From: an uncultured bacterium
Lineage (GTDB): Bacteria; Macinerneyibacteriota; Macinerneyibacteria; Macinerneyibacteriales; DSCS01
Direction: 5' to 3'
NCBI GenBank assembly: GCA_964548195.1
Contig: CAZJQC010000002.1
Span: 32,001 to 96,000, forward strand
Length of the DNA stretch: 64,000 bases
Under the pieces are notes generated by a model. That model did not search any database. It was not told where the DNA came from and saw nothing but the letters and a program-made list of their open reading frames with translations. This document shows, one piece after another, positions 45,782 through 55,444 of this stretch (its first letter is position 1; the number at the start of each line of letters is the position of its first letter). A program made the position numbers and the translations under genes.

Positions 45782-47968
45782 CTAAATGTAGTCTTTCAGC
45801 TTTTCAATGTCAACAAGAATATTCCGCCCCTTTGACCCGCCTTCAGTGTCTATAAGCCCGTCATCCGCAAGGCTGTCTATGATCTTTGCCGCTCTGTTGT
45901 ACCCTATGCTGAGTTTTCTCTGCAAGGCGGAGGTGGAAACAGAATAATCCTGGGTGAGCAGCTTGTTGTAGAGTATCTGCAAGACCTCGGGGTAGAGCTC
46001 GTCCTTGTTGTCCATCTCCAGCGATATCTCACGGTCTTTTTCAAACAATTGCCTGAAAGAGTCTTTTTTTATGTCGATGTTCTTTAAATATTGCACGGTG
46101 TTTCTTATTTCGGGAACGGTGACAAGCGCGCCCTGTCCACGCTCTATTTCGCCAGTGATCTTAAGATAAAGAAAATCCCCCTTGCCAAGAAGGGTCTCAG
46201 ACCCCTGCTCGTCAAGTATGATGCGGGAGTTCAGTTTTGACGCAGTCTTATAAGCCACCCGCGAGGGGAAATTGGCTTTTATCGTCCCCGTGATCACATC
46301 GGCGGAAGGTCGCTGCGTGGCAAGAATCAGATGCAGCCCGACCGCACGCGCCATCTGCGCAAGCCTGATGATCGAATATTCCACTTCCTGTCCAGCCGTT
46401 ACTATAAGGTCTGCCAGTTCGTCTATTACAATAAGCAAATACGGGAGCTTTTCATCGCTTCTTTTTTCATTGAACGACTGTATGTCGCGAAAGCCGTGAT
46501 GCGCCAGCAACTTATAACGCCTGTCCATCTCATACTGTGCCCATTTGAGTACAGCCACAGCTTCTTTGGATTCCACGATGACATCAGCGAGCAAATGGGG
46601 TATGCCGTTGTAATACGGAAACTCAAGACGCTTGGGGTCTATCAGAATCAGACGCACGTCTTCGTAGGAAGCCTTATACAGCACACTCATGATGATCGTA
46701 TGTATGCCTATGCTTTTACCCGACATTGTGGCACCGGAAATAAGGAGATGGGGAAGTTCCTCGATGTTTATTATCACCGGACTCCCGTCCATGCCGCGCC
46801 CGAAACCGATTGTGAGCGGCGAGGGTGAACGGCTGAACTCGTCACATTCCACCAGTTCACGCAGTGAGACGAATGTCCTGTGCCTGTTAGGTATCTCAAA
46901 ACCCACAGTGCCCCTTCCCGGCAATGGAGCTATTATTCTGATATTTGTCTTTTTCAGCATAAGGGAAAGGTCTTTGTCCAGAGCGACGATCTTGCTCACC
47001 TTTGTGCCCTTTTTCACTTCGACCTCATACAAAGAGGCCATCGGCCCGACCTGTACGTTGATCACATTGCCGATTATGTTGAATTCCGCCAGCGCATCCT
47101 CAAGCGATTCCGAGACGGTCTCGATATCTTCCCGTGCGGAACTTTTCTCTATGTATTTTAAGATCCCGGAAGGCGGAATGGGATTGTCGTCATTTACGCG
47201 TGTCTCCCCTATCACCATATCCGGTCTCAAGATCAGTTCCGGGTCGTCCCCGCTCTCATCACCCGGATCATAGGAGGTCCCGTCACCCGTGGCAAAATAT
47301 TTGATATCGTATTGAAGGTTTTCCACCCTCTTTGCATCATATTCCCTTGTTTTCTCCCTGCGATGCGGCCGTTTTTTTATCTCGGGAAGGCGGGGCTCCG
47401 GCACCGCCTGTCTTTTACGCCTGTCACCCCGCGCCCGGAAAAATGCGGCCAAGCGCTTTTTGTCTATTTTTATAAAAACCGACAGCGATAGTAGTATAAA
47501 GACCGAAAGGGTGATATAAAGACCTGCGGATCCCACCAATAGCTTCACGCGATCGGCGACCCATAACAGGACTGCCCCGCGCCACCCATAATCGTTTCCT
47601 ATGAAAATGCCGTTTATCTGCAGTATGGTGCATAATGAAAAAGCGCCAAGGCCGATATATAAGAGTTTGACTGGATTGAACTTTGTGTTTGGCGGCAAGT
47701 AGACATTAACGCCGCGGGCTCCGGCCAAAACCGGTATGAAATATGCAAAGTCTCCGAACAGCAGAAGCATGTAATAGGAAATATAGGCGCCGAGTATTCC
47801 AAGAAAGTTCTTCGCTTCCGCGCCCGTAGCGGCCGCCGGGGGGTCATCTGAGGAGAAAGTCAGCAAGCTGAGGAAGACCACAAAAGCAAGCCCCACGAGT
47901 ATTATCCCGCTCAGATCCCTGATCTCATCGTGTTTCTTTGTCCTTCTTTTTCGTTTTTTCATGCTCAT
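45782..47968 (-). CDS. ftsK: DNA translocase FtsK
   Basis: 4-TM N-terminus, PHLLISGATMSGKS, LIDPKRLE, VIDELADL, ARAVGLHLILATQRPS, gamma domain LQRKLSIGYNRAA. Confidence 0.97.
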   Translation of the reverse strand: MSMKKRKRRTKKHDEIRDLSGIILVGLAFVVFLSLLTFSSDDPPAAATGAEAKNFLGILGAYISYYMLLLFGDFAYFIPVLAGARGVNVYLPPNTKFNPVKLLYIGLGAFSLCTILQINGIFIGNDYGWRGAVLLWVADRVKLLVGSAGLYITLSVFILLSLSVFIKIDKKRLAAFFRARGDRRKRQAVPEPRLPEIKKRPHRREKTREYDAKRVENLQYDIKYFATGDGTSYDPGDESGDDPELILRPDMVIGETRVNDDNPIPPSGILKYIEKSSAREDIETVSESLEDALAEFNIIGNVINVQVGPMASLYEVEVKKGTKVSKIVALDKDLSLMLKKTNIRIIAPLPGRGTVGFEIPNRHRTFVSLRELVECDEFSRSPSPLTIGFGRGMDGSPVIINIEELPHLLISGATMSGKSIGIHTIIMSVLYKASYEDVRLILIDPKRLEFPYYNGIPHLLADVIVESKEAVAVLKWAQYEMDRRYKLLAHHGFRDIQSFNEKRSDEKLPYLLIVIDELADLIVTAGQEVEYSIIRLAQMARAVGLHLILATQRPSADVITGTIKANFPSRVAYKTASKLNSRIILDEQGSETLLGKGDFLYLKITGEIERGQGALVTVPEIRNTVQYLKNIDIKKDSFRQLFEKDREISLEMDNKDELYPEVLQILYNKLLTQDYSVSTSALQRKLSIGYNRAAKIIDSLADDGLIDTEGGSKGRNILVDIEKLKDYI

Positions 47969-48739
47969 TTAAATATAAAATACCAGGGTAAAAAAAGCAA
48001 GTGCAAACAAATAGAAGCTGAAATATTTGAGTTTGCCCGCTGAAGTGACAGTTATGAGGAATCTGATTGAGAATAAGCCGACCAGAAAGGAGATAAAAAC
48101 ACCCATGATCAGCGGCAGCAGTCCCAATGTTCCCGCGCCATCTTTCATAAGTGAAAAAAATGCAGCTCCTGCGATGACAGGTATCGATATCAGAAACACA
48201 TAACGAAGCCCATTCTTCCTGCCTGTGCCGAGCAAAAGCACCGCAGCGAGCACAGCCCCTGACCTTGACAATCCCGGAAGCACCGCGGCGGACTGTACAA
48301 GTCCCACCAAAGCGGCACCTTTCCATGTGATATCACCAAAACCGTCCTTTTTATTCCCGCTGATCAGCAGAAGAAAAGCCGTCAACACCCACATTGAGGA
48401 GAGCAGCGCCATATTTCCATACAGATCCATAAGGCTGTCCTTTAATAAAAATACGATCGAGACCGTTATTACAGTCGTCAGCAGGATCTTGAGCAAGTAT
48501 TCCACTGAGTCACGTTTTCCGGCCAGCGTCCCCGTCAGAAGTTCCCCGATATCCTTTCTGTAATAACATATGACTGAGAGTAGCGTGCCGAGATGGAGCA
48601 TAGCCCCCATGTATACCATATCGGACCTTACGCCGATAAGCCTGCCGGCAAGCACAAGATGGCCGGAGGAGCTGACCGGAAGAAACTCCGTCAGCCCCTG
48701 TATGACAGCCTGTATAAACACCTGAAGAGTCTCAGTCAT
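47969..48739 (-). CDS. uppP: Undecaprenyl-diphosphate phosphatase
   Basis: QGLTEFLPVSSSGH, HLGT, PGLSRSG, FLISIP. Confidence 0.95.
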   Translation of the reverse strand: MTETLQVFIQAVIQGLTEFLPVSSSGHLVLAGRLIGVRSDMVYMGAMLHLGTLLSVICYYRKDIGELLTGTLAGKRDSVEYLLKILLTTVITVSIVFLLKDSLMDLYGNMALLSSMWVLTAFLLLISGNKKDGFGDITWKGAALVGLVQSAAVLPGLSRSGAVLAAVLLLGTGRKNGLRYVFLISIPVIAGAAFFSLMKDGAGTLGLLPLIMGVFISFLVGLFSIRFLITVTSAGKLKYFSFYLFALAFFTLVFYI

Positions 48740-50396
48740 CGTTCATCTCCGGAAAATGAGAGACTATTACCGGTTCCTTAGACCGTCTTTTTCTCAAAAA
48801 ACGCCGCAGCCTGCGGTCTACAGTCCTTCCGACCGACTCTTTGTCACGCAGGTCCTTTTTGTTCAGGGAATAAAGGATCTCCTGCAACCGCTCCTTGATG
48901 TCGTCCACAAGCTCGTCCGTGAGTTCTATGCCGACGGCTGAAAGCTCCGGGCCGTAAGTGATATCCCCGGTCTCGCTGATGTAGTCATAGTTAAGGAACA
49001 CCGCGCCCTCCTGGCCGATTACTTTCCGTTCCTCCATGGTGTTCTCGTTTATATTTCCAAGATCCGCATTCTCTATGAAACATTTGCCGCATTGGACTTT
49101 TTTGTCCGATATTCTTGCTCTTTTTCCGTCAAAGATGACAGGCGTGCCGTTTTCGACCAGAAGCACGGCATCTTTCTTATAGCCGATGGAAGTCATCAAC
49201 ATCCTGAGGGAGGCCATATTTCTGTACTCGCCATGATACGGTATGATAAATCGGGGAGAGACCATGGTGGTTATCATCTTGATATCCTCCCTCGCCGCGT
49301 GGCCGGAAACATGGATCTCCGAGACATTCTCATATTCCACATGGGCACCGCACTTAAAAAGGTTGTTGATCATCCTGTTGATATGTATCTCATTTCCGGG
49401 TATCATCTTCGCCGAGATCAGGACAGTATCCCCCTGCTTTATCTTTATCTTGCCGTGCATATTAAGCGCAAGACGCTGCAGTACGGAAAAAGGCTCGCCC
49501 TGACTGCCGGTGACAAGGACCATGATCTCATGGTCGGGGAACATGTCAATGTGTCGTATGTCAATGATATCGATCGCTTTAAGGTCTATATAGCCCAGTT
49601 TGGAGGCGATCTCTATGATGTTTTTAAGGCTACGCCCCTCCACAACGACTTTTCGCCGGTATTTTGCGGCGATCTGCAGGACTTGTATTATTCTGCTGAT
49701 ATTGGAAGCAAATGTCGCGACAAATATCCTTCCGGAAAATCCTTCCGCCAGCCTGCTCATCTCATTACCCACATCGCGCTCGGAACCGGTCATCCCGGCT
49801 GTCTCGACGTTTGTGGAGTCGATTATCAGAATATCCACGCCCTTTTCGCCTATGGCGGATATTCTTTTCAAATCTATTACATCCTCATTGACAGGAGTAT
49901 AATCGATCTTGAAATCGCCGGTAAAGAAGACCTTGTTCCTTCCGGCCTTGATGAACAACGCGGAAGCATCCGGTATGCTGTGGTTCACATGTATCATCTT
50001 CACTTCGAACTCACCGCATCTCATCACATCATCGGGGCCGTTTATCTCCTTTATGTTGTCCCAGGGGATACCGCGCTCAAAAAACTTTCGCTTGATCAGT
50101 TCCGCGGCAAGCTTTTTGGTATAAATAGGCACGTCAGGCAGGTCTTCGACTATATACGGCAAAGCGCCTATGTGATCCTCATGCCCGTGCGTGATTATTA
50201 TCGCCTTAAGCTTGTTCGCCCTCTTCTTTATATAACCGATATCGGGTATGATGTAGTCAATCCCCGGGAAATATGAGGATGGGAACAATATTCCGGCATC
50301 AATTATTATCATTGAATCCCCGTATTCAAAAACCGTCATGTTTTTGCCTATTTCTCCGTAGCCACCCAGTGGCACTATTTTCAATTCTTTTTTCAT
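48732..50396 (-). CDS. rnj: Ribonuclease J
   Basis: PLGGYGEIGKNM, THGHEDHIG, NHSIPD, TGDFK, TGSQGEP, IPGNE, HVSGHA, PYHGE. Confidence 0.97.
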   Translation of the reverse strand: MKKELKIVPLGGYGEIGKNMTVFEYGDSMIIIDAGILFPSSYFPGIDYIIPDIGYIKKRANKLKAIIITHGHEDHIGALPYIVEDLPDVPIYTKKLAAELIKRKFFERGIPWDNIKEINGPDDVMRCGEFEVKMIHVNHSIPDASALFIKAGRNKVFFTGDFKIDYTPVNEDVIDLKRISAIGEKGVDILIIDSTNVETAGMTGSERDVGNEMSRLAEGFSGRIFVATFASNISRIIQVLQIAAKYRRKVVVEGRSLKNIIEIASKLGYIDLKAIDIIDIRHIDMFPDHEIMVLVTGSQGEPFSVLQRLALNMHGKIKIKQGDTVLISAKMIPGNEIHINRMINNLFKCGAHVEYENVSEIHVSGHAAREDIKMITTMVSPRFIIPYHGEYRNMASLRMLMTSIGYKKDAVLLVENGTPVIFDGKRARISDKKVQCGKCFIENADLGNINENTMEERKVIGQEGAVFLNYDYISETGDITYGPELSAVGIELTDELVDDIKERLQEILYSLNKKDLRDKESVGRTVDRRLRRFLRKRRSKEPVIVSHFPEMNDD

Positions 50397-50932
50397 TTCA
50401 CTTCCTTTAGGTATTTTACTGTTTTACTTATATATGAGATCCCGGAAAGCACCAATGCTATCAATACGGGAGTGGATAATATTAAACGCGATTCATCAGG
50501 TGACAATATAAACGTGCATATGAACAGGACGACCAGAAATGTATTGAGTTTGCCCATAAGGTTCGGGACGGGGATGTCTCCGTATTTTCTTATTATAAAT
50601 ACCGATACCAGGGCTATAAGCACATCCCTTATTACGAACAATATCACGATCAGAAGAGGAAAACCATATTTTACAAGGGATATCATAACGGCGTCGAATG
50701 TGATCTTATCGGCGGCGGGATCAAGTATCTTCCCCCATCTTGTCACCTGACCGGTCCTGCGGGCTATAAAGCCGTCCGCCGTATCGGTCACGCCCTGATA
50801 GAGAAACAAGATGAATATGATCTCCATATTTCCATACAGGTCGTCACTTATGAAGAAGAGTATAAAAGGCAGCACCGCAATACGGCTCAACGTAAGGATG
50901 TTCGGCAGCGTAAGGAACCTGTTTGCGTTCAT
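50393..50932 (-). CDS. CDP-alcohol phosphatidyltransferase family protein
   Basis: LPNILTLSR, TDTADGFIARR..WGKILDPAADK, RD, GKLNT. Confidence 0.9.
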   Translation of the reverse strand: MNANRFLTLPNILTLSRIAVLPFILFFISDDLYGNMEIIFILFLYQGVTDTADGFIARRTGQVTRWGKILDPAADKITFDAVMISLVKYGFPLLIVILFVIRDVLIALVSVFIIRKYGDIPVPNLMGKLNTFLVVLFICTFILSPDESRLILSTPVLIALVLSGISYISKTVKYLKEVK

Positions 50933-51549
50933 CTCAACATCACATCCACCGAAATGCCCACGGAACCGTCCGGCCCGAAGCCCCCCCTCACCGTCACCCC
51001 GTCGGACTTAGCGGAAATAAAGGCATCCACCGCGCTCGCCAGATGGTTTACGATCAGCGCGCCCCAGAAAGCGTTCATGGTCTTATAATATCCGTTTGAA
51101 TCCTGACGCATATCGTAATACAGGTCCTGCTGCGCCGGATCATCCCAGAATTGACGTAATTCGGGCAGTTTTCCTATCAATTCGTAGTATTCTCCCACTT
51201 TTTCGTAGGGAAGGTTGCTTTTTGCATAGACCCTGTCCTTCAGATATTCCCACATCTCGGTATAACTTTTACGGTCCGGATCGCTTCCCGCATAGTAAAA
51301 ATGGGTGTCCGCAAAGGAGACAAAGCGCTTCTCGGAAAGTTCATGCTGATTCGAGAAAAACATGGCGCCCGAAAAACATATGATCTCAGTCATAAGAAAA
51401 ATACCGCTTTTCACCTCTTCCCCGTTCGCCCTCTGCCCCGCACCCGGGACAAACAAAGAGTAGAGAAAGGCTCTGCCCGGCGTAACATCGCCCTGCGCGG
51501 CCGCCCATAAAGAGACGACCGTCAATATCAGAGTTGCGTGTTTTTTCAT
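50929..51549 (-). CDS. Exported/membrane hypothetical protein (DUF5683-like)
   Basis: Signal peptide; AFLYSLFVPGAGQ..GE, YYELIGK, NHLASAVDA. Confidence 0.6.
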   Translation of the reverse strand: MKKHATLILTVVSLWAAAQGDVTPGRAFLYSLFVPGAGQRANGEEVKSGIFLMTEIICFSGAMFFSNQHELSEKRFVSFADTHFYYAGSDPDRKSYTEMWEYLKDRVYAKSNLPYEKVGEYYELIGKLPELRQFWDDPAQQDLYYDMRQDSNGYYKTMNAFWGALIVNHLASAVDAFISAKSDGVTVRGGFGPDGSVGISVDVMLR

Positions 51550-52511
51550 CAAAATAATATGCCGAGTGAAAACACGTCAATACTGCTGCTGCTCATCGCA
51601 TTCAACGCATCCCGGGAATAATCAACAGTAAAATTGCCGTATTTGAACCCTACTCCCCAATTAAATCCGTCATTCTCGTAATAATGGTCCTTATAGTATC
51701 CGCATCTGGCATACAGCATGTCAAGATACCCCAGTTCCGCGCCCACCAGAAACGAGCGTTTTTCAGAGAGGGAGTCAACGGCTTCCGTGTCCACTCCCGT
51801 GGTTATGAGAACATAGGTGTTGTACTCCTCAAGCGACAACTTTGCGGAGACGCCGGTGCGCAAATAACGCGGAAGGTCGTCCGCCTGATCGCTGTCCTGA
51901 TACGATATGGCAGGCCCTATGTTCTGAAGGGTGGCGCCTGCGCCAAGCTGAAGAGAGAGAAGATCCCGGAGCCTGTAATCCTTCCGGTAGAGCACTGATA
52001 CGTCGAACGCCACACTTTTACCCTGATATTCGTCATAAAGATGGCTGAAAACATATTTAAGATTGACGCCCATCCCCAGCCCGTCAGCGATTTTTGTGGC
52101 ATATGAGAGCCCGGCGGCAAGTTCGTAGATCGAAAACTCTCCGATCACGGCGCCTGTCTCCGTAGTCTCTATGTTTTTGCCGTAGCTTACGTAAAGGACA
52201 TTGATACCCAGAACGCCGTAGAGGCTCTTTACCGGGATAAAAAACGTCCCGGCCTCCTCCTTGATGCTGTCCGCGCCTTCGCCCATATCAAAACTGACAT
52301 ACGATATAAACGCCGATTTATTCGTGAAAAAGGCCGAGCCGGCAATATTATAAAAAGCCGTCTCCGGGCCGTCAGCCACCGCGACAAAACTTCTTCCCAT
52401 GCCGATAGACCTGCTGCCGGCGCCCCCCGTTAAAAACGGCACACCGGTTGCGGCATCAGCCACAGCCGTGTACAATGCCGCCATAAGTATTATCATAAAC
52501 GCTTTTTTCAT
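51549..52511 (-). CDS. PorV/PorQ family outer-membrane beta-barrel
   Basis: Signal peptide; PFL..GSRSIGMG..FVAVAD...FYN.AG; NIGPAISY..DDLPRYLRTG; C-terminal Phe. Confidence 0.8.
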   Translation of the reverse strand: MKKAFMIILMAALYTAVADAATGVPFLTGGAGSRSIGMGRSFVAVADGPETAFYNIAGSAFFTNKSAFISYVSFDMGEGADSIKEEAGTFFIPVKSLYGVLGINVLYVSYGKNIETTETGAVIGEFSIYELAAGLSYATKIADGLGMGVNLKYVFSHLYDEYQGKSVAFDVSVLYRKDYRLRDLLSLQLGAGATLQNIGPAISYQDSDQADDLPRYLRTGVSAKLSLEEYNTYVLITTGVDTEAVDSLSEKRSFLVGAELGYLDMLYARCGYYKDHYYENDGFNWGVGFKYGNFTVDYSRDALNAMSSSSIDVFSLGILF

Positions 52512-52556
52512 AAACACTCCCTTTTTATCTTATACGTCCGCCGTCATCCCGGGTTG

Positions 52557-53645
52557 CTAGCTCAGATAACGGTACGGGGCTATGGGGCTGAAGAACTTTG
52601 TTATGGACGAACCTATGTTTATCCTGTATATGATCTCAGCCGCCAGGTGGGACGAACTCACCGCTTTCAGGTTCGGAAGCCTTTTGAAATATTCATCCGG
52701 GATGTAGATCGTATCCGCGCAGATGATATTGTCCAGATAGCCCTCTTCGCTGAGTTCCTGAAGCCTGTCCATCGCCGGGCCGGAAAAAAGCGGATGTACG
52801 ATGGCTATATTGACTTTCTTGACACCCCTGTTCTTCAATTCCTTGATCAGCGTGTAAACCGATCCGCCCGTATCTATCATGTCATCCACTATCCATACTA
52901 TTTTATCGTTCAGAGGGGAATCGCTTAATATGTCGATCTTTTCCACAGTGTTGACTTTGGAATGGTTTCTCCGTTTATTGGCTATGATAAGATCCGCATT
53001 GAACGTCTCCGAAAATTTCCTCGCCATCTTCTCGCCCCCGGCGTCAACGGAACAAAATGCCCATTTTTCATGGACCACGTTGTCAAACTCATGCTTTGTC
53101 TTTACAAAGTCCTTAAGTATAGCCCTTTTAAGCAGGGAGATCGCAGGCATATCGTCAATATACGCCTTTGTGGGATCAAGTATTGTCTTTGACTTGTCGG
53201 AATGAAGCTGAAATGTGATGTAATGGTCCATACCCAAGGATATCATGGTCTTGAAATGTATCCATGTGCCCACGGAAGTCCGTCTGGTAGCGCGGTCGCT
53301 GCGCGAGCAGGAGGTGTAGGGCTCGAAAACCGTTAGGCTTCTGGCCTGCGCCCTTTTCAGGGCGTCTATGGCATGGTAAAGCTCTATCTGATTGTCGCCG
53401 ACACTAAGGCCGTATCTGTTCCTGCTGGCCGAATTGTGGAAGACATACACATCCTTTTTCCTGACAGACTCATCAATATCCACTTCTATCTCTCCGTCGG
53501 AAAATTCCTTTACCTCAAGCCTGCCCACGAGATCATCGTATTTTTCCGTGTATTCGTTCAGGGATTTTAATTCCTCAGTGACTTTTTTCGCATATTCCGC
53601 CGAACTTCTTGTCGCGAACAACTGTATTTTCCCTCTGTCAAGCAT
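52557..53645 (-). CDS. prs: Ribose-phosphate pyrophosphokinase (divergent)
   Basis: FSDGEI..I.ESVR.KDV, RSDR, DAGG, KRR, VDDMIDTGGS, HPLFSG. Confidence 0.9.
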   Translation of the reverse strand: MLDRGKIQLFATRSSAEYAKKVTEELKSLNEYTEKYDDLVGRLEVKEFSDGEIEVDIDESVRKKDVYVFHNSASRNRYGLSVGDNQIELYHAIDALKRAQARSLTVFEPYTSCSRSDRATRRTSVGTWIHFKTMISLGMDHYITFQLHSDKSKTILDPTKAYIDDMPAISLLKRAILKDFVKTKHEFDNVVHEKWAFCSVDAGGEKMARKFSETFNADLIIANKRRNHSKVNTVEKIDILSDSPLNDKIVWIVDDMIDTGGSVYTLIKELKNRGVKKVNIAIVHPLFSGPAMDRLQELSEEGYLDNIICADTIYIPDEYFKRLPNLKAVSSSHLAAEIIYRINIGSSITKFFSPIAPYRYLS

Positions 53646-53669
53646 ACAATTTTCTCCCCGTTTTTAAGT

Positions 53670-55097
53670 TCATATCCTTTTCATCATCTCAACAAGGTCT
53701 GATGCTGCGAACACCTTTTTCCCCGAGGCTATTATTGCACGCGCGGAAGCATTTTGCAAGTAAACTCCTGCCTTGGCCGCTTCAAAAGAGCCGATCGCCC
53801 CGTGGGAGGCGGCTGCGCCTATGATACCGGCCAACACATCGCCGGTTCCGAGCGTTGCAAGACCCCTGCAGGGCCTTTCTGTCAAAGCATATCGCCCGTC
53901 TTTTGAAAACACTGCGGTGCAGCCCGATTTCAATACCAGAGTCACCCCGTTTTCAACGGCGAATCTCCGTCCCGTTTCTATCAGGTCCCCCGTTATCACG
54001 GATTTGTCCAATCCGCTAATGCGGGAAAACTCTCCGATATGGGGTGTCAATATTATCTCATTCACACCTTTCTTAAAGCAATCGTTGAAAAAATAAAGGC
54101 CGTCCGCATCGATCAAAACAGTGGAAGAACGATGCGTTCCCAAAAGCGACCGCATAAACGCGCCGGCCTCTCCGGAGCGCCCCATACCCGGGCCCGCTAT
54201 GACACATCCTGCCTCCGCGCTGACGTCAGAGACATCAAAGCCTCCCTTTTTGACGATTATTTCGGGCGGAAAACTTGCGGTCTCCGAAGCTGCGGTATTG
54301 ACGGTGACATACCCGGCGCCTCCGTAAAGCGCGGAACCCGCCGCAAGGGCCGCGGCTCCGGGGTATTGATCGCTGCCTCCGAATATCTGCACATGACCGC
54401 AGGTATATTTATTGTCATATGGGCCGGCCCTGAATCTTTTTCCGGATGAGGCATCGATAACCTCGCCGTCACCCGCCCCCCCGGACGCCAGGCCTATGGG
54501 TACTGTCACGACCACGCCTGAAAGCTCGGGACCCCACCCGAGATAATGCCCTCTTTTGGGAAATTCCACGGCAAGAGTCACATCGGCGCGAAACGCGTGT
54601 TCATCCCTCGTCCCGGTGTCACCGTTCAGCCCGGAAGGTATGTCGAGTGCGATCTTGACACCCCCGGATATGTTAACTGCGTCAAACAGCCTTGAAGCTT
54701 TTTCATCCATCTTTCCGGTGAAACCTATGCCAAAAACACCATCCACCACTATCGGAGTCCCCACTGACATAAATCTATCCGAATCATATATGGGTATACC
54801 GTAATAATCACATATTTTTTTGTTTTTTTTTGCTTCGTTCGTCGAAGGAGGGTATACCGCGTAGATCTCAGTCGAATAACCGTTTATATGGAAAAGACGC
54901 GCGACGGCATAAGCATCGCCGCCGTTATTGCCTTTGCCGGCAAGGACTTTGACGACAGCTTTTGTTCCCGTCAGATTTGCGGCCTCCCGGAATATACCGT
55001 TTGCCGCCCTTTCCATGAGATCGTACGGCGTTATGCCGGAATTTTTAACGGTCTCCGCGTCCAGGGCATACATCTCACTTACCGAAACACATCTCAC
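53670..55097 (-). CDS. nnr: Bifunctional NAD(P)HX epimerase/dehydratase
   Basis: LMERAA, GKGNNGGD, VDGVFGIG, DIPSG, GGS..YPGAA, GPGMG, DADG, TPHIGEF, GTGDVLAG. Confidence 0.95.
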   Translation of the reverse strand: MRCVSVSEMYALDAETVKNSGITPYDLMERAANGIFREAANLTGTKAVVKVLAGKGNNGGDAYAVARLFHINGYSTEIYAVYPPSTNEAKKNKKICDYYGIPIYDSDRFMSVGTPIVVDGVFGIGFTGKMDEKASRLFDAVNISGGVKIALDIPSGLNGDTGTRDEHAFRADVTLAVEFPKRGHYLGWGPELSGVVVTVPIGLASGGAGDGEVIDASSGKRFRAGPYDNKYTCGHVQIFGGSDQYPGAAALAAGSALYGGAGYVTVNTAASETASFPPEIIVKKGGFDVSDVSAEAGCVIAGPGMGRSGEAGAFMRSLLGTHRSSTVLIDADGLYFFNDCFKKGVNEIILTPHIGEFSRISGLDKSVITGDLIETGRRFAVENGVTLVLKSGCTAVFSKDGRYALTERPCRGLATLGTGDVLAGIIGAAASHGAIGSFEAAKAGVYLQNASARAIIASGKKVFAASDLVEMMKRI

Positions 55098-55444
55098 AAA
55101 TGCCCTCCTGCAACCACGGCAACCGCATTTTTACGGGAATGGGAGAGAGATACATGGAGAGAGTCGTCAAAAGAGCCATTTATACGCATCACGGGCTTTC
55201 CGTTCTCACCGTTGACCACTTCGATCCTGTTGAATTTCAAACCGCCCTGCATGCCCGCAAACTTTATATAAGCCTCCTTTGCGGCAAATCTGGCCGCATA
55301 TGAGGGGTATGGATATTTTTTCGAAGCGCAGTACTCTATCTCAAAATCCGAAAAGACGCGCTTTAAAAATTTTTCGCCGCGTTTTTCTATGACAGTGCGG
55401 ATCCTGTCTATCTCTACTATATCGATGCCTATACCCCGAATCAT
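55094..55444 (-). CDS. acpS: Holo-[acyl-carrier-protein] synthase
   Basis: GIGIDIVEIDR, AARFAAKEA, GKP, SLSH; start at 55444 (ATGA overlap). Confidence 0.95.
   Translation of the reverse strand: MIRGIGIDIVEIDRIRTVIEKRGEKFLKRVFSDFEIEYCASKKYPYPSYAARFAAKEAYIKFAGMQGGLKFNRIEVVNGENGKPVMRINGSFDDSLHVSLSHSRKNAVAVVAGGHL

Noticed and set aside
49092..50276. 394-aa plus-strand ORF
   Set aside because: Antisense shadow of rnj; no recognisable domain
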